Source: an uncultured Pseudobdellovibrionaceae bacterium
GTDB taxonomy: Bacteria > Bdellovibrionota > Bdellovibrionia > Bdellovibrionales > UBA1609
Reading direction: 5' to 3'
DNA length: 64,000 bases
Assembly: GCA_963803705.1 (NCBI GenBank)
Contig: CAWDNU010000001.1
Span: forward strand, 384,001-448,000
Part shown: one piece after another, positions 32,480 through 42,254 of the stretch
How the letters are laid out: every line of letters begins with the position of its first letter
How positions within the stretch are numbered: the stretch's first letter is position 1
Made by a program: the position numbers and the translations under genes
Notes under the pieces: generated by a model
The model's database searches: none
What the model was told of the DNA's origin: nothing
Seen by the model: only the letters and a program-made list of their open reading frames with translations

Positions 32480-33409
32480 TTGATGTTTGGAAGAGATTTA
32501 AAAATTTATAGTTCAAATGACTTCCCCAAGGACTTACCCAGGTTAAGTGATCTGTACGATAAACTTTTTGCTGATGGTAAAGGTTTCAGAGGCCAGCTTG
32601 TAGTCGAAGTTGCAGAGGTTTTGTCTTTACCAGAGCTTGACCAATTGCTACTAGCCCAGACCGTTGAATTTATACATAATTCATCTTTGCTACACGACGA
32701 TTTGATTGATCAAGCTCCGCTTCGTCGTGGAAAAACAGCTATGTGGAAGGAATTTGGTGCCGAATATGCCGTGCTTGCCGGTGACTACCTGCTTGCTCGG
32801 GTGATGGTTAATCTGTCTAAGCATGGACATATTAAGCTTGTGCAGGTGACTGCGGAATCCATTAGTGATCTTTTAGAGGGCGAGTGGTTACAAGATAGTA
32901 TTCGACATGATAACAGCGTGAGTTTTGAAAAAATGAAGAAAATACACGAACTTAAAACGTCTTCTCTTTTTTCGTGGTGTTTAAAATCGCCTTTTGTTTT
33001 TAAAGATTATCCTTCTGAAGTGGTTGATGAAGTCTCTGATATTGGTCGTAAAATGGGATTACTCTTACAGAGAAGCGATGACCTGTTGGACTTCAATATC
33101 AGAAATTATGAATCTAAAGCTTTGTTCATAGATCTGAAGGCCGGATTTCTTAACTCCTTTGCAATCTATCTTTTTAGAGATCTAGAGTGGTCACAGGATT
33201 ATTTTACGATTTCTACAGAGGAAGAGCTTTTTAAATACTTTTCCAAAGAAGATTTAAATTTAAAGCTAAACGCTTTTGACGATCTGAACGTAAATCTTAT
33301 TGAAGAAATAAAAAATCAAACAGTAAAATTAGTTCTGTCTAATCCCGAGCTTTCTAAACTTAAAGATATGGTGTTTAAAATTGTTTCAAAGCTATACTGG
33401 AGAAAATAG
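32480..33409 (+). CDS. Polyprenyl diphosphate synthase
   Basis: GKGFR, HNSSLLHDDLID..RRG (FARM), LAGD, KT, DDLLD (SARM). Confidence 0.93.
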   Translation: MMFGRDLKIYSSNDFPKDLPRLSDLYDKLFADGKGFRGQLVVEVAEVLSLPELDQLLLAQTVEFIHNSSLLHDDLIDQAPLRRGKTAMWKEFGAEYAVLAGDYLLARVMVNLSKHGHIKLVQVTAESISDLLEGEWLQDSIRHDNSVSFEKMKKIHELKTSSLFSWCLKSPFVFKDYPSEVVDEVSDIGRKMGLLLQRSDDLLDFNIRNYESKALFIDLKAGFLNSFAIYLFRDLEWSQDYFTISTEEELFKYFSKEDLNLKLNAFDDLNVNLIEEIKNQTVKLVLSNPELSKLKDMVFKIVSKLYWRK

Positions 33410-33412
33410 ATT

Positions 33413-34174
33413 TTGCTTAAGTCCTGCCTTGAAGGTCTGAAATTTACAGAGTCTAGCCTTTTATTGGATCTTGATTTAAATGCAGAAGCCCATCCAACTT
33501 TTAAAGCTTTAGTTCAAGCTGACCATTTTCAAATAAAAGCTTTCGAAAAACAAGATCAGTATACACTTTCAGTAAAAAACGGGTGCCTATGTGTTTTAAG
33601 TGGAAATCAGAAACCGATATATGTGGATTTTGCCAGTCAAAAAATCAAATCCCAAATTTCAAAAACATCTAGGAAAAGCATAATTAGTAAAGCCCTAGGC
33701 TTGAAACAAAATCAAAAACATTTTATAGATTTGACTGCTGGATTTGGCAAAGATGCTTTTGTCATTGCCAAATATTTTTCTAGAGTGACTTTAGTTGAAA
33801 GGAATCCAATAGTGTTTCTACTTCTACAAGATGGCTTGAACAGACTTAGTCTTCAGCAACCTGATTTGGTTTCTAAGTTCGATCTCGTTTTTACGGACGC
33901 TGAGTCCTATCTAGAACAGGCCGAAAACCTTATGGATTCTGTGGTCTATTTCGACTTTATGTTTTCAGACAAAAGATCTAAAAGTAACAAAGAAATGTCT
34001 TTTTTAAAATTTATCACGAAACTCGATGCTCCAGTTAATTTGGAAAACTGCCTTTCATTAGCGACAAGTAAAATCCCAGTTAGAACAGTACTAAAAGCTA
34101 AAGCTTATTCAGCTTTAAAAAAGCCGAAACAAATTTATCAAGGACCTACAGTTAGTTATTACGTATTCAAATAG
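33413..34174 (+). CDS. rsmJ: 16S rRNA m2G1516 methyltransferase-like (RsmJ/YhiQ)
   Basis: DLTAGFGKDAF, ERNP...LL.DGL.R, VVYFDFMF (DPMF-like). Confidence 0.75.
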   Translation: MLKSCLEGLKFTESSLLLDLDLNAEAHPTFKALVQADHFQIKAFEKQDQYTLSVKNGCLCVLSGNQKPIYVDFASQKIKSQISKTSRKSIISKALGLKQNQKHFIDLTAGFGKDAFVIAKYFSRVTLVERNPIVFLLLQDGLNRLSLQQPDLVSKFDLVFTDAESYLEQAENLMDSVVYFDFMFSDKRSKSNKEMSFLKFITKLDAPVNLENCLSLATSKIPVRTVLKAKAYSALKKPKQIYQGPTVSYYVFK

Positions 34175-34249
34175 CCAGTTTACCCTAAATTTGCTAATAC
34201 AGTCCTTTTACAAGAGCATAGTTTCACTATGTTATTTTATAAAAATTCA

Positions 34250-34296
34250 GTCACCATTGGTCAATATTGATCAATGGTGACCAATATTAATCAATG
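34250..34296. repeat. 32-bp loop-less near-perfect palindrome plus overlapping 15-bp direct repeat
   Basis: GTCACCATTGGTCAATATTGATCAATGGTGAC (34250-34281, one mismatch); CAATATTGATCAATG at 34262 and CAATATTAATCAATG at 34282. Confidence 0.85.
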
Positions 34297-35079
34297 CGTA
34301 AGTACGTTAGGATTATTCGATAAGTACTTCAGGCCTTTCAGCTCAATGAGTGCTTGGACAACAGAACTTGAAAAGTCCTTTTCAGAAACGTAGTTAGAGT
34401 ACTTTTCAAGGTCGTTCAAAGCTTCTTGATAGAAGCCTAAGTTTTTTTGTAGCAATCCTCTGCGCGCGTGCCAAAAAACTTTCTCAGGATAGATATCCAA
34501 TATGCAGTTGTAGACTTCTAAAGTTTTTTGAAAGCTCCCCTTCAATAGCAGCTGATCAGCAATTTTCGTTAATAATAAATAAAATTGAACCTGCGGTGTG
34601 GGGTTGATGTCCTCTTGGGGGTTTGACAGGTCCTTGCCCTTTGCTTTCTGTCCTCTTTCTTTTAAATTTATAACATAGGTCTTTTCTTCATCATGAACCT
34701 TAATCAGATGAGAATCTTGGGTGGACCAAATTTTAAAGTTTATTTTTAGTTTTTTGAGTAAGTATTGATAAACCATTGACACTAAATTTGAGTTTCCCAG
34801 ATTTTTGTCGAAAAGGTGCTTCAGATAGATAGGCGCATCGTCGTCTAAACCCACAATTAAACTCTCTTTATCAAAAAAAACAGAGTTCAAGATTTCGATT
34901 TTCTGGTCCATCGACATCTCAACGGTTTCAAACTGTTCGCCAAGAAGTATAACTTTATTTGATGTCGAGAAGCTGTAATCTTCTCCGTTAAAATGAAAGT
35001 GTAGTAGGTCTAGTCCGTGAATAATTGAATCTGGCTTATCAAAACACATAGCCTTCAGTTGTGAAATTAGATCTTTCAT
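34291..35079 (-). CDS. SirB1/transglutaminase-like protein with C-terminal TPR
   Basis: LN.VFF...L, YL..L...G..LV...Y core; C-terminal RGLL..LG..EAL.DLE.Y TPR. Confidence 0.7.
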   Translation of the reverse strand: MKDLISQLKAMCFDKPDSIIHGLDLLHFHFNGEDYSFSTSNKVILLGEQFETVEMSMDQKIEILNSVFFDKESLIVGLDDDAPIYLKHLFDKNLGNSNLVSMVYQYLLKKLKINFKIWSTQDSHLIKVHDEEKTYVINLKERGQKAKGKDLSNPQEDINPTPQVQFYLLLTKIADQLLLKGSFQKTLEVYNCILDIYPEKVFWHARRGLLQKNLGFYQEALNDLEKYSNYVSEKDFSSSVVQALIELKGLKYLSNNPNVLTH

Positions 35080-35170
35080 AAGCCTCTCGTTTTACTTTTT
35101 ATTAAAAAGAGTTACATTTGACAATGACGAAGTGAATTGCAAGCGCTTAAAGGTCTAGTCGGAGGCAAAA

Positions 35171-36028
35171 ATGTCCAGTGAATCAGAGCAGCTGCAGCAG
35201 AAATGCGAAGAACTGCGACTAGAACTTATGCAGAAAACAAGTGCAATCGACGTATTTAAGCTAGAGCTTGAAAATGCCAACAAGACTTTGCTGGACCTTA
35301 AACGGCGGTTGGATCAAGACTATAAGTCCTTATCGGATTTGTTCAAGTTGATAGTTCCCACAAAAATTCCCAAGATATCTGGCTTCCAATTTAGCACCCA
35401 GTATAAGGCTGGTTCTGATTTCTACGGAGACTATTTTGACGTTTTCGAACACAAAGATAAATTGAAGTTCGGAGCCTTGCTTTGCAAAAGCCCAAGTCCA
35501 TCTGTTTCAGCAGTGGTTTTGGCCCTTTTGTTAAAGTTAAGTCACGAATTCGAAGAAAAAGTAATGACAGACCCAAGTGAACCCCTGCGGCATTTAACTA
35601 CCGAGTTAACAGATCTTGAAACTTTGCCAGATCTTTTTTTAGGTTATTTCAATAAACGCGATTTTTCTTTTATGTATTCAGGAATTGGGGAAATCAGGGG
35701 TTTAGTGCGCTCGGCAAAGGACCAAAATGTTGACTGTTTTTACGACGGTCAAGCCGATCTCAAAACAAAGAAGTTAAAATTAGATGCAGGTGATACCGTG
35801 CTGCTGTTAACTAGCGGTTTTTTTAAATCGGCAAATGACAACGGAAATTATTTAGCCATAGAAGAAGTTATGAGTGCTTTAACCTGCTTACCCAAGGAAT
35901 CAAGCGTTCACGACCTTCGACATGAAATTTTATTTGTTTTAGATAAACACCTAAAAGGTGCACCTGCTTCCCATGATACAACTTTGGTTATTTTTTCTCC
36001 AGATGAACCAGTACTTCGTTTAGCTTAA
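35171..36028 (+). CDS. SpoIIE/RsbU-like PP2C-fold protein with N-terminal coiled coil (degenerate active site)
   Basis: P..P...G, GDYFD, L.LDAGD.VLL.TSG, HDTT. Confidence 0.7.
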   Translation: MSSESEQLQQKCEELRLELMQKTSAIDVFKLELENANKTLLDLKRRLDQDYKSLSDLFKLIVPTKIPKISGFQFSTQYKAGSDFYGDYFDVFEHKDKLKFGALLCKSPSPSVSAVVLALLLKLSHEFEEKVMTDPSEPLRHLTTELTDLETLPDLFLGYFNKRDFSFMYSGIGEIRGLVRSAKDQNVDCFYDGQADLKTKKLKLDAGDTVLLLTSGFFKSANDNGNYLAIEEVMSALTCLPKESSVHDLRHEILFVLDKHLKGAPASHDTTLVIFSPDEPVLRLA

Positions 36029-36109
36029 TTGGAATAAGGTTTACCTTTATCTTAATGTTTGATAATTATCTAGGTACACAAAAAATAATTTTAATGAGGG
36101 TGATTTAAA

Positions 36110-37231
36110 ATGGCTGAAATATATGAAGGCGCAGTGGATCGTGGACTTGAGGGCGTAGTAGCTTGCTCTACTGGAATTTCATCTATCGTTGATGCCACTT
36201 TATCTTACGGTGGTTACACAATAGAAGATCTTGCAGCTAACGCATGTTTTGAAGAGGTCGTTTATTTATTATGGAATAAAGAGCAACCAACTGCTGAGCA
36301 GCTTGAAGCTTACAATAAGAAAATTAAAGAAAATCTTTTTCTTGAACCTGAAATGATGAAAATTCTAAAATCCGTTCCTACAGATGTCCATCCAATGTCT
36401 TGGTTAAGGACTGCTGTATCTTTGATGGCCCACTGGGATAAAAAAGAAAGTGATATTGATTCAAATGCACAAGTTGAAATTGGTTTTAAGATGGTCGCTA
36501 AATTACCTTTGCTTGTTTCTTTCTATGAAAATTTGCGACAAGGCACTTTAGATAAGATGCCAGACCCGAAGCCTGAAAAAGGCATCGCTTGGAATTTTCT
36601 ATACACCTTGAATAGGAAAGAGCCTTCTAAAATGGCAGTCAAAGTTTTTGACACCTGTTTAGTTCTTCACGCAGATCATGAACTTAACTGTTCTGCTTTC
36701 GCGACCAGAGTCACTGCATCATCCTTAAGTGATATTTACTCGTCAATAGTTAGCGGTATCGGCGCCTTGAAAGGGCCTTTGCATGGTGGTGCCAATGAGC
36801 AGGTGATGTTAATGCTCAAAGAAATTGAAACTGTAGAAGGCGCTAAAAAGTGGGTTAAAAGTGCTTTGGCCAACAAGGAAAAGATAATGGGTTTTGGTCA
36901 CCGTGTTTACAAAAATGGTGACCCTCGGGCAAAAATTCTAAGAAAAATGAGCAAAGAACTTTGCGAAGAAACAGGAATGTCTAATTATTACCAGATGTCT
37001 GAAGTTATTGACAATACAGTTGAAAGCGAGAAAGGACTTTTACCCAATGTCGATTTCTACTCAGCTACTGTTTACTACAGCATGGGCATTCCGATAGACT
37101 TATACACGCCTATTTTCGCCTGCTCCAGAGTGTCTGGTTGGTTAGCCCATATTTTCGAACAGTATTCAAACAATAGAATCTACCGGCCTCGTGGTCAGTG
37201 GAATGGCAAAACAAATCAAAAGTGGAATTGA
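36110..37231 (+). CDS. gltA: Citrate synthase
   Basis: GLEGV, HPM, LHADHE.N.S, GPLHGGANE, MGFGHRVYK..DPR, PNVDFYS. 2-methylcitrate synthase not excluded. Confidence 0.88.
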   Translation: MAEIYEGAVDRGLEGVVACSTGISSIVDATLSYGGYTIEDLAANACFEEVVYLLWNKEQPTAEQLEAYNKKIKENLFLEPEMMKILKSVPTDVHPMSWLRTAVSLMAHWDKKESDIDSNAQVEIGFKMVAKLPLLVSFYENLRQGTLDKMPDPKPEKGIAWNFLYTLNRKEPSKMAVKVFDTCLVLHADHELNCSAFATRVTASSLSDIYSSIVSGIGALKGPLHGGANEQVMLMLKEIETVEGAKKWVKSALANKEKIMGFGHRVYKNGDPRAKILRKMSKELCEETGMSNYYQMSEVIDNTVESEKGLLPNVDFYSATVYYSMGIPIDLYTPIFACSRVSGWLAHIFEQYSNNRIYRPRGQWNGKTNQKWN

Positions 37232-37232
37232 C

Positions 37233-37892
37233 TCAGGCCATACCTAGAAATTCTTGAATAGCTTTTTGTATACCATTAAAAACTTTATGAGGTTCTTCGT
37301 CGTACATATAGGCTGGCGTTGAAACCACTTTCGATTCTCGGTCAGTTATAAAGTCGTCAACAGAACATACAATATGCTCGCAGCCTGAGCTTACTATTTG
37401 AGCTGCTGTTTGCTCATCATTGCCTATGGTAAGAGTGATAGATTTCTTCTGACCAAGTACTCTAGCAACCAGAGCAGGCGCAATGCACATTGCTAAAATA
37501 GGTTTAGAATTTTCGAAAAATTCCTCGAGCACTCGCTTAGCGTCTTTGTGAACACTGCATTTCGGTCCATCCTGGGCCCAAGAACATAAATTTTTGACCA
37601 CACCGTACCCACCAGGAAAAACAATACCGTCAAATTGAGAAGGACTCAGTTCTGAAAGATCTTGAACTTTACCTCGGCTGATGCGAGCGGACTCCTCTAG
37701 CGAATTTCGGATTTGATTTTCTAAAAGTTCATCTTTGAAATGAGATGTTGGAGTAAAGCTTTGGCTTGGTGCAAAAACTTGGTATTGGATCTGATTTTGT
37801 GCTAATCCAATGAATGTCGAAACGGCTTCGGTTATTTCAGAACCATCCAAATATCCACACCCTGAAAGTACTACGGCAATTTTTTTTTGCAT
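37233..37892 (-). CDS. elbB: Glyoxalase ElbB (DJ-1/ES1 family)
   Basis: VVLSGCGYLDGSEITE, ESARISRG, PGGYG, CIAP, STPAYM. Confidence 0.92.
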   Translation of the reverse strand: MQKKIAVVLSGCGYLDGSEITEAVSTFIGLAQNQIQYQVFAPSQSFTPTSHFKDELLENQIRNSLEESARISRGKVQDLSELSPSQFDGIVFPGGYGVVKNLCSWAQDGPKCSVHKDAKRVLEEFFENSKPILAMCIAPALVARVLGQKKSITLTIGNDEQTAAQIVSSGCEHIVCSVDDFITDRESKVVSTPAYMYDEEPHKVFNGIQKAIQEFLGMA

Positions 37893-37960
37893 AAAAAACC
37901 TCGAAATTTAAAAACTATTTCAACTACCCTATTACAGATGAATATTAAAAAGAAGTCACT

Positions 37961-38581
37961 ATGCCAATTCAAAAGTTGATTACGCTTTTAAAAAGATACT
38001 ATCCAGACGTGCGGTGCGCACTAAATTATTCTAATCCTGAAGAGCTTTTAGTAGCTACAATTTTAAGTGCCCAATGCACCGACAAAAGAGTTAATATTGT
38101 CACTAGTACACTTTTCGAAAAGTACAAAATTCCCGATCAACTAGCAAATGCAAATTTAAAGGTTCTAGAACAGGATATCAAGTCCACTGGTATTTATAGA
38201 AATAAGGCCAAAAATATCAAGTTGTGTTGTCAACAGTTAGTCAATAAGTACGATTCAAAAATAAGACCTGATATGCAGATCTTGCTGCAGCTGCCAGGAG
38301 TCGGACGAAAGACAGCTAACGTTGTGTTAGGCGAATGCTTTGAATTAGCAAGTGGAGTAGTCGTGGACACCCATGTTAAGCGGCTCTCTAATAGATTGGG
38401 TTTGACCACATCAACTAATCCCGTGATCATCGAAAAAGACCTAATGCGATCAGTTCCCAAAAAATATTGGATAATTTTCTCCCATTGGTTGATTCACCAT
38501 GGAAGAGGTCCATGTAAGGCTCGCAAAACTCACTGTGAAGATTGCTTCCTTAAAAAAGATTGTCCGTCTTCGACATTCTGA
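37961..38581 (+). CDS. nth: Endonuclease III
   Basis: LSAQCTD, LPGVGRKTAN HhH motif, VDTHV, C-x6-C-x2-C-x5-C Fe-S cluster. Confidence 0.96.
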   Translation: MPIQKLITLLKRYYPDVRCALNYSNPEELLVATILSAQCTDKRVNIVTSTLFEKYKIPDQLANANLKVLEQDIKSTGIYRNKAKNIKLCCQQLVNKYDSKIRPDMQILLQLPGVGRKTANVVLGECFELASGVVVDTHVKRLSNRLGLTTSTNPVIIEKDLMRSVPKKYWIIFSHWLIHHGRGPCKARKTHCEDCFLKKDCPSSTF

Positions 38582-38618
38582 GTTTGCCGTGCTCTACAAA
38601 ACAGTTTAACTTTGGTTC

Positions 38619-39101
38619 ATGATCACTGAATTACTAGAAAGTCTTAAATACGTTGGACACTACTTTGCTATTTGTTTCTTAAGAATTTGTATTGGTGCTC
38701 ATATCTTGAATGTCGGTCTGGCCAAATATTATGATGACTATTTAAATCAGCCCTTGATTTCGGCGCAAGTAAACGAGTTTCTAAATATAAGCCAAAATCC
38801 AGGAGGCATTAATTTTTTCTTTCTGGAGCTGGTGCGCCCCTATTGGAAAATTTTTGCCCAGATACAATTTGGAATTGAGTTTGTAGCTGGTGTTTTATTG
38901 ATACTAGGCTTTTTAGTTCGGCCGACTGTGATTTTGCTTTTAGTCTACTTCTGGTTATTTTCATACATTCAAGATCCAATTTTATTGCCGTGGGTAAGTG
39001 TTTTATCTATGACACTGGTGGGACTAGGTTGGTCAGGTGCTGGCCGATGTGTAGGATTGGACTACTATTTTTACAAAAGGTACCGTGGGTTTTTGTGGTA
39101 A
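38619..39101 (+). CDS. DoxX-family membrane protein
   Basis: LRI.IG, E...G.LLILG, GAGR..GLD motifs. Confidence 0.8.
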   Translation: MITELLESLKYVGHYFAICFLRICIGAHILNVGLAKYYDDYLNQPLISAQVNEFLNISQNPGGINFFFLELVRPYWKIFAQIQFGIEFVAGVLLILGFLVRPTVILLLVYFWLFSYIQDPILLPWVSVLSMTLVGLGWSGAGRCVGLDYYFYKRYRGFLW

Positions 39102-40015
39102 AACTTTTATCATCTATTGGCATCTGTTTTCTGATTTTAAGCATTGCTACATTTCAATACTACGATCCAACAGAAAGTCGAGTTGTTTGCCAGTACAGGA
39201 TTTTAACATCGAACTCATTTCATTCTAGCATTGGGCAGTCTATCAAACAAAAATATAGAGAGAAATATGGGTGCGAATTAAACTTTGCAGTCGTTAATGG
39301 CGCAAAACTGATCTCTAGCCTCTACAACAAACAGCCCAAACAGTACGATATACTTTTAGGGCTGGACCTATTTCAGATACAAAACTTGTCGGCTCAGTTG
39401 ATATATAAATTTGATGTAAAAAAACTGCAAATTCCTAATCCCTACAGACACTCTTACTTTGCTTATGATGAAGCCCCGATAACTTTTTTTTTAAGAAATT
39501 CATCTTCAACACAATTTGATGATCTTAAGAACTTTTTTGAGTTCCTTAATAAAAATGGCATGTCTGTAGCCATCCCACTCAAGACGACAAGTGTGTTGGG
39601 AGCTCTATTTGAAAAGTGGGTTATTATTTCTAATATTGTTAACGGAGATGGCTCTGTCTTAAAAACCGTGAAGTACGTAAAGTCTTGGTCTGAGTCACTT
39701 GGTTTATTCGAAAGAAAAATTGTGGACGGGTTTCTAAGTTTTGAAACTTCTCAGATATATTTTTTAAATAACAAGAATATCAAGAAAATTACATTGAATT
39801 CTGGGCATCCAAATCTAAAAGAGTATCTAGCATTTTCGAAATTTTCGAAAATGCGTCAGGATCAAAAAAAAGAATTTATCGAATTCATACATTCCAAAGA
39901 GATCCAGGACTTAATTTTGAAAAAAAACTATATGTGGCCGATTAGCAGGCAAGAACATGAGTATCCAGATTTAAGAACGCTAAGAGTTATTGATTTGGAA
40001 GACATTGTAAATTGA
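39095..40015 (+). CDS. ABC transporter substrate-binding protein, thiamine-binding (ThiB/TbpA)-like
   Basis: SF, DILLGLD, TS.LG, WSE, Q......YMWP motifs; likely GTG start at 39095 overlapping doxX. Confidence 0.65.
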   Translation: MVKLLSSIGICFLILSIATFQYYDPTESRVVCQYRILTSNSFHSSIGQSIKQKYREKYGCELNFAVVNGAKLISSLYNKQPKQYDILLGLDLFQIQNLSAQLIYKFDVKKLQIPNPYRHSYFAYDEAPITFFLRNSSSTQFDDLKNFFEFLNKNGMSVAIPLKTTSVLGALFEKWVIISNIVNGDGSVLKTVKYVKSWSESLGLFERKIVDGFLSFETSQIYFLNNKNIKKITLNSGHPNLKEYLAFSKFSKMRQDQKKEFIEFIHSKEIQDLILKKNYMWPISRQEHEYPDLRTLRVIDLEDIVN

Positions 40016-40165
40016 TTAAAGCTGCAATTATGGAATGTACGAAAGGTCATAAGAGCAAAGTTGTGAATAAACTTGTACCAAGACTGCCGTTTTGGTAAGC
40101 AATAAGACTTGATAGCGTAGGGCTGTTCAACAACATTTTACAATTTTAGAATTGGGTCGAGTGCG

Positions 40166-41626
40166 ATGAAACTAAGTAATAAATTTAGCACTATTTGCTC
40201 TTGCGCTATTCTATCTTTTTTTGTGCTGCCCATTATATATATATTGATTCAGTCACTAGAAATTCAGTCCTTAAATTTTTATTTAATTTATAAAAGCGTT
40301 TTCTATGTTATTCTTCAATCAGTATTAAGTGCCTCATTTTCTTTATTAATGGGTACCCTGATAGTGTTATCCTACTTGAAGAAGTCAAAACAAGTGCAAA
40401 AAACCATTTATTGGGGGCTGCTGCCACAAGCCTTACCGACAGTTCTAATTATTTATTCTTATTTTAAAATTTTTTCTTTATTTGGTGTGTACCCCCAATC
40501 ATATGCGCACGTAATAATTGTTCACGTCTGCATAAATATGGGATTGGTAGCTTTTTTGATGCTTCCACATCTTCAGGTTGAAGTTGAAAAAAAGTTGCAC
40601 TTAATGTTAAGTTTAAAGCTTTCGTTCGGCAAATTTTTCAAGTTAATTATATTGGGTGAATTAGCTCCTACTATTTTGTATATCTGGATTTTAATACTTT
40701 CATTTAGTCTGACTAGTTTCTCTGTTCCGCTTCTTTTATCAGGTCAAATACCTAGTAGTTTTGATTATCTTATATATTTAAAAGGATATGTGGAAGGAGA
40801 TTGGGCCTCTGCATCCCTGTTAGGGCTTTTCGAATTTGTATTTTTAGGGTGCCTCTTTTTTTTGAGAACTCAGAAATTAACACTTTCCTCAAGAGCTACA
40901 AGTTACGTGGTCCTAAGAGATAAAAACTCTATTTTTTTTTGCATTAACTTTGTCCCGCTGCTGTTTATTTTTCTAAGTCTTCTTCACTTTGGAAATGCAG
41001 ACTTTGGAAATGCCGCAAAAGCGTTCCAACATGATTTTCTAGAAATACTAATTAATACTGTATTTCTGTCGTCTTGGACTATTTTATTTTACACTCTCTT
41101 TTTTTGGACTCAGCTATATATCTTGAAATTTCAATTTGTCAGAAAATTTCACCAGTTTTTTTGGCCTCTTAGTCCAATTTTACTCTCTTTTGTTATTTTG
41201 AATTTCTCCTTGTTTTTTGCTGATTCGCTATACTTAAAGATTGCATTCACTGGACTTGCAATATCTTCTTTTATATTTCCAATAGCTTTCAAATTTTGGA
41301 TTTTACCAGAGTATTACAATATAGTTTATTTTAATCGTAAGTCGGAAATTCTTAGTTTAGATTATCCTAAGGTTTTCAATCAAATTTTGGTACCCTACTT
41401 TAAATCTGCTTACAAAACGTCATTAGCCTATGTTATTTTATTTTCAATTGGTGACTTCACGCTGAGTGGCATTTTACTATCTGATATAAATACTATAGGT
41501 ATCAGTATGAGAACCTATATACAATCATATCAGATTATCGAGGCTCAATTGTTAGCGATTTTCTTAGTCATAGTTTCATTGGTTCTGATTTATGTTATCG
41601 GAGGTGTTAGAAATGAAAATAGCTAA
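40166..41626 (+). CDS. ABC transporter permease, ThiP-like (duplicated domain)
   Basis: About 12 TMs; LQSVLSA, LP..LP, H...N, SF..PLLL, SIGDF. Confidence 0.7.
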   Translation: MKLSNKFSTICSCAILSFFVLPIIYILIQSLEIQSLNFYLIYKSVFYVILQSVLSASFSLLMGTLIVLSYLKKSKQVQKTIYWGLLPQALPTVLIIYSYFKIFSLFGVYPQSYAHVIIVHVCINMGLVAFLMLPHLQVEVEKKLHLMLSLKLSFGKFFKLIILGELAPTILYIWILILSFSLTSFSVPLLLSGQIPSSFDYLIYLKGYVEGDWASASLLGLFEFVFLGCLFFLRTQKLTLSSRATSYVVLRDKNSIFFCINFVPLLFIFLSLLHFGNADFGNAAKAFQHDFLEILINTVFLSSWTILFYTLFFWTQLYILKFQFVRKFHQFFWPLSPILLSFVILNFSLFFADSLYLKIAFTGLAISSFIFPIAFKFWILPEYYNIVYFNRKSEILSLDYPKVFNQILVPYFKSAYKTSLAYVILFSIGDFTLSGILLSDINTIGISMRTYIQSYQIIEAQLLAIFLVIVSLVLIYVIGGVRNENS

Positions 41627-42254
41627 CTTTGAATCTCTGGTGGGTGATTGGAAGCTGCAAGTGGATGAAGTGAACCTGGAACCTGGACAAGTAACCTTGA
41701 TCCACGGCCCTTCTGGTTGTGGTAAAACTAGTTTCTTCCAGGGCCTTATTGGACTTAACGAAGCAAAATTTAGTCTTACGATTGATGGGCATGAGACATC
41801 AAAAATGAACCCTTTTGATCGTAATTTTTCGGTTGTATTTCAATTCAATAATCTATTTGAACATTTAACCGTTTTAAAAAACTTAGAACTTATAAAACCA
41901 AATGGTTTAAGCTCAGAACAATTCGCAGACTTAATAAACCCTTACCAAGTTCAAGATTTACTTTCTAAGAAGGCCAATGTTTTATCTGGCGGAGAAAGAC
42001 AGATGATTTCATGCATTAGGGCTTTCCTGCACAAAGGAAGACGGATGCTATTGTTGGATGAGCCATGGAGTTCTATGGATTTTGATAATAAATGCGACTA
42101 CCGAGCCCATTTACTAGATTTCCTAAAGCTAAGTAAAGTCCCCTGTGTGCTAATCAGCCACGATAAAGATGAAGAGATTTCGTTTCTAAATCCGAAATTT
42201 ATATACGACTTTACTCAGATGGCACGCTTTGAAAAGGGACAGGCTCCTGATTGA
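41613..42254 (+). CDS. ABC transporter ATPase, ThiQ-like
   Basis: GPSGCGKT, FQ.NNLFEHL, LSGGE, LLLDEP; SD GGAGG before the ATG at 41613. Confidence 0.85.
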   Translation: MKIANFESLVGDWKLQVDEVNLEPGQVTLIHGPSGCGKTSFFQGLIGLNEAKFSLTIDGHETSKMNPFDRNFSVVFQFNNLFEHLTVLKNLELIKPNGLSSEQFADLINPYQVQDLLSKKANVLSGGERQMISCIRAFLHKGRRMLLLDEPWSSMDFDNKCDYRAHLLDFLKLSKVPCVLISHDKDEEISFLNPKFIYDFTQMARFEKGQAPD

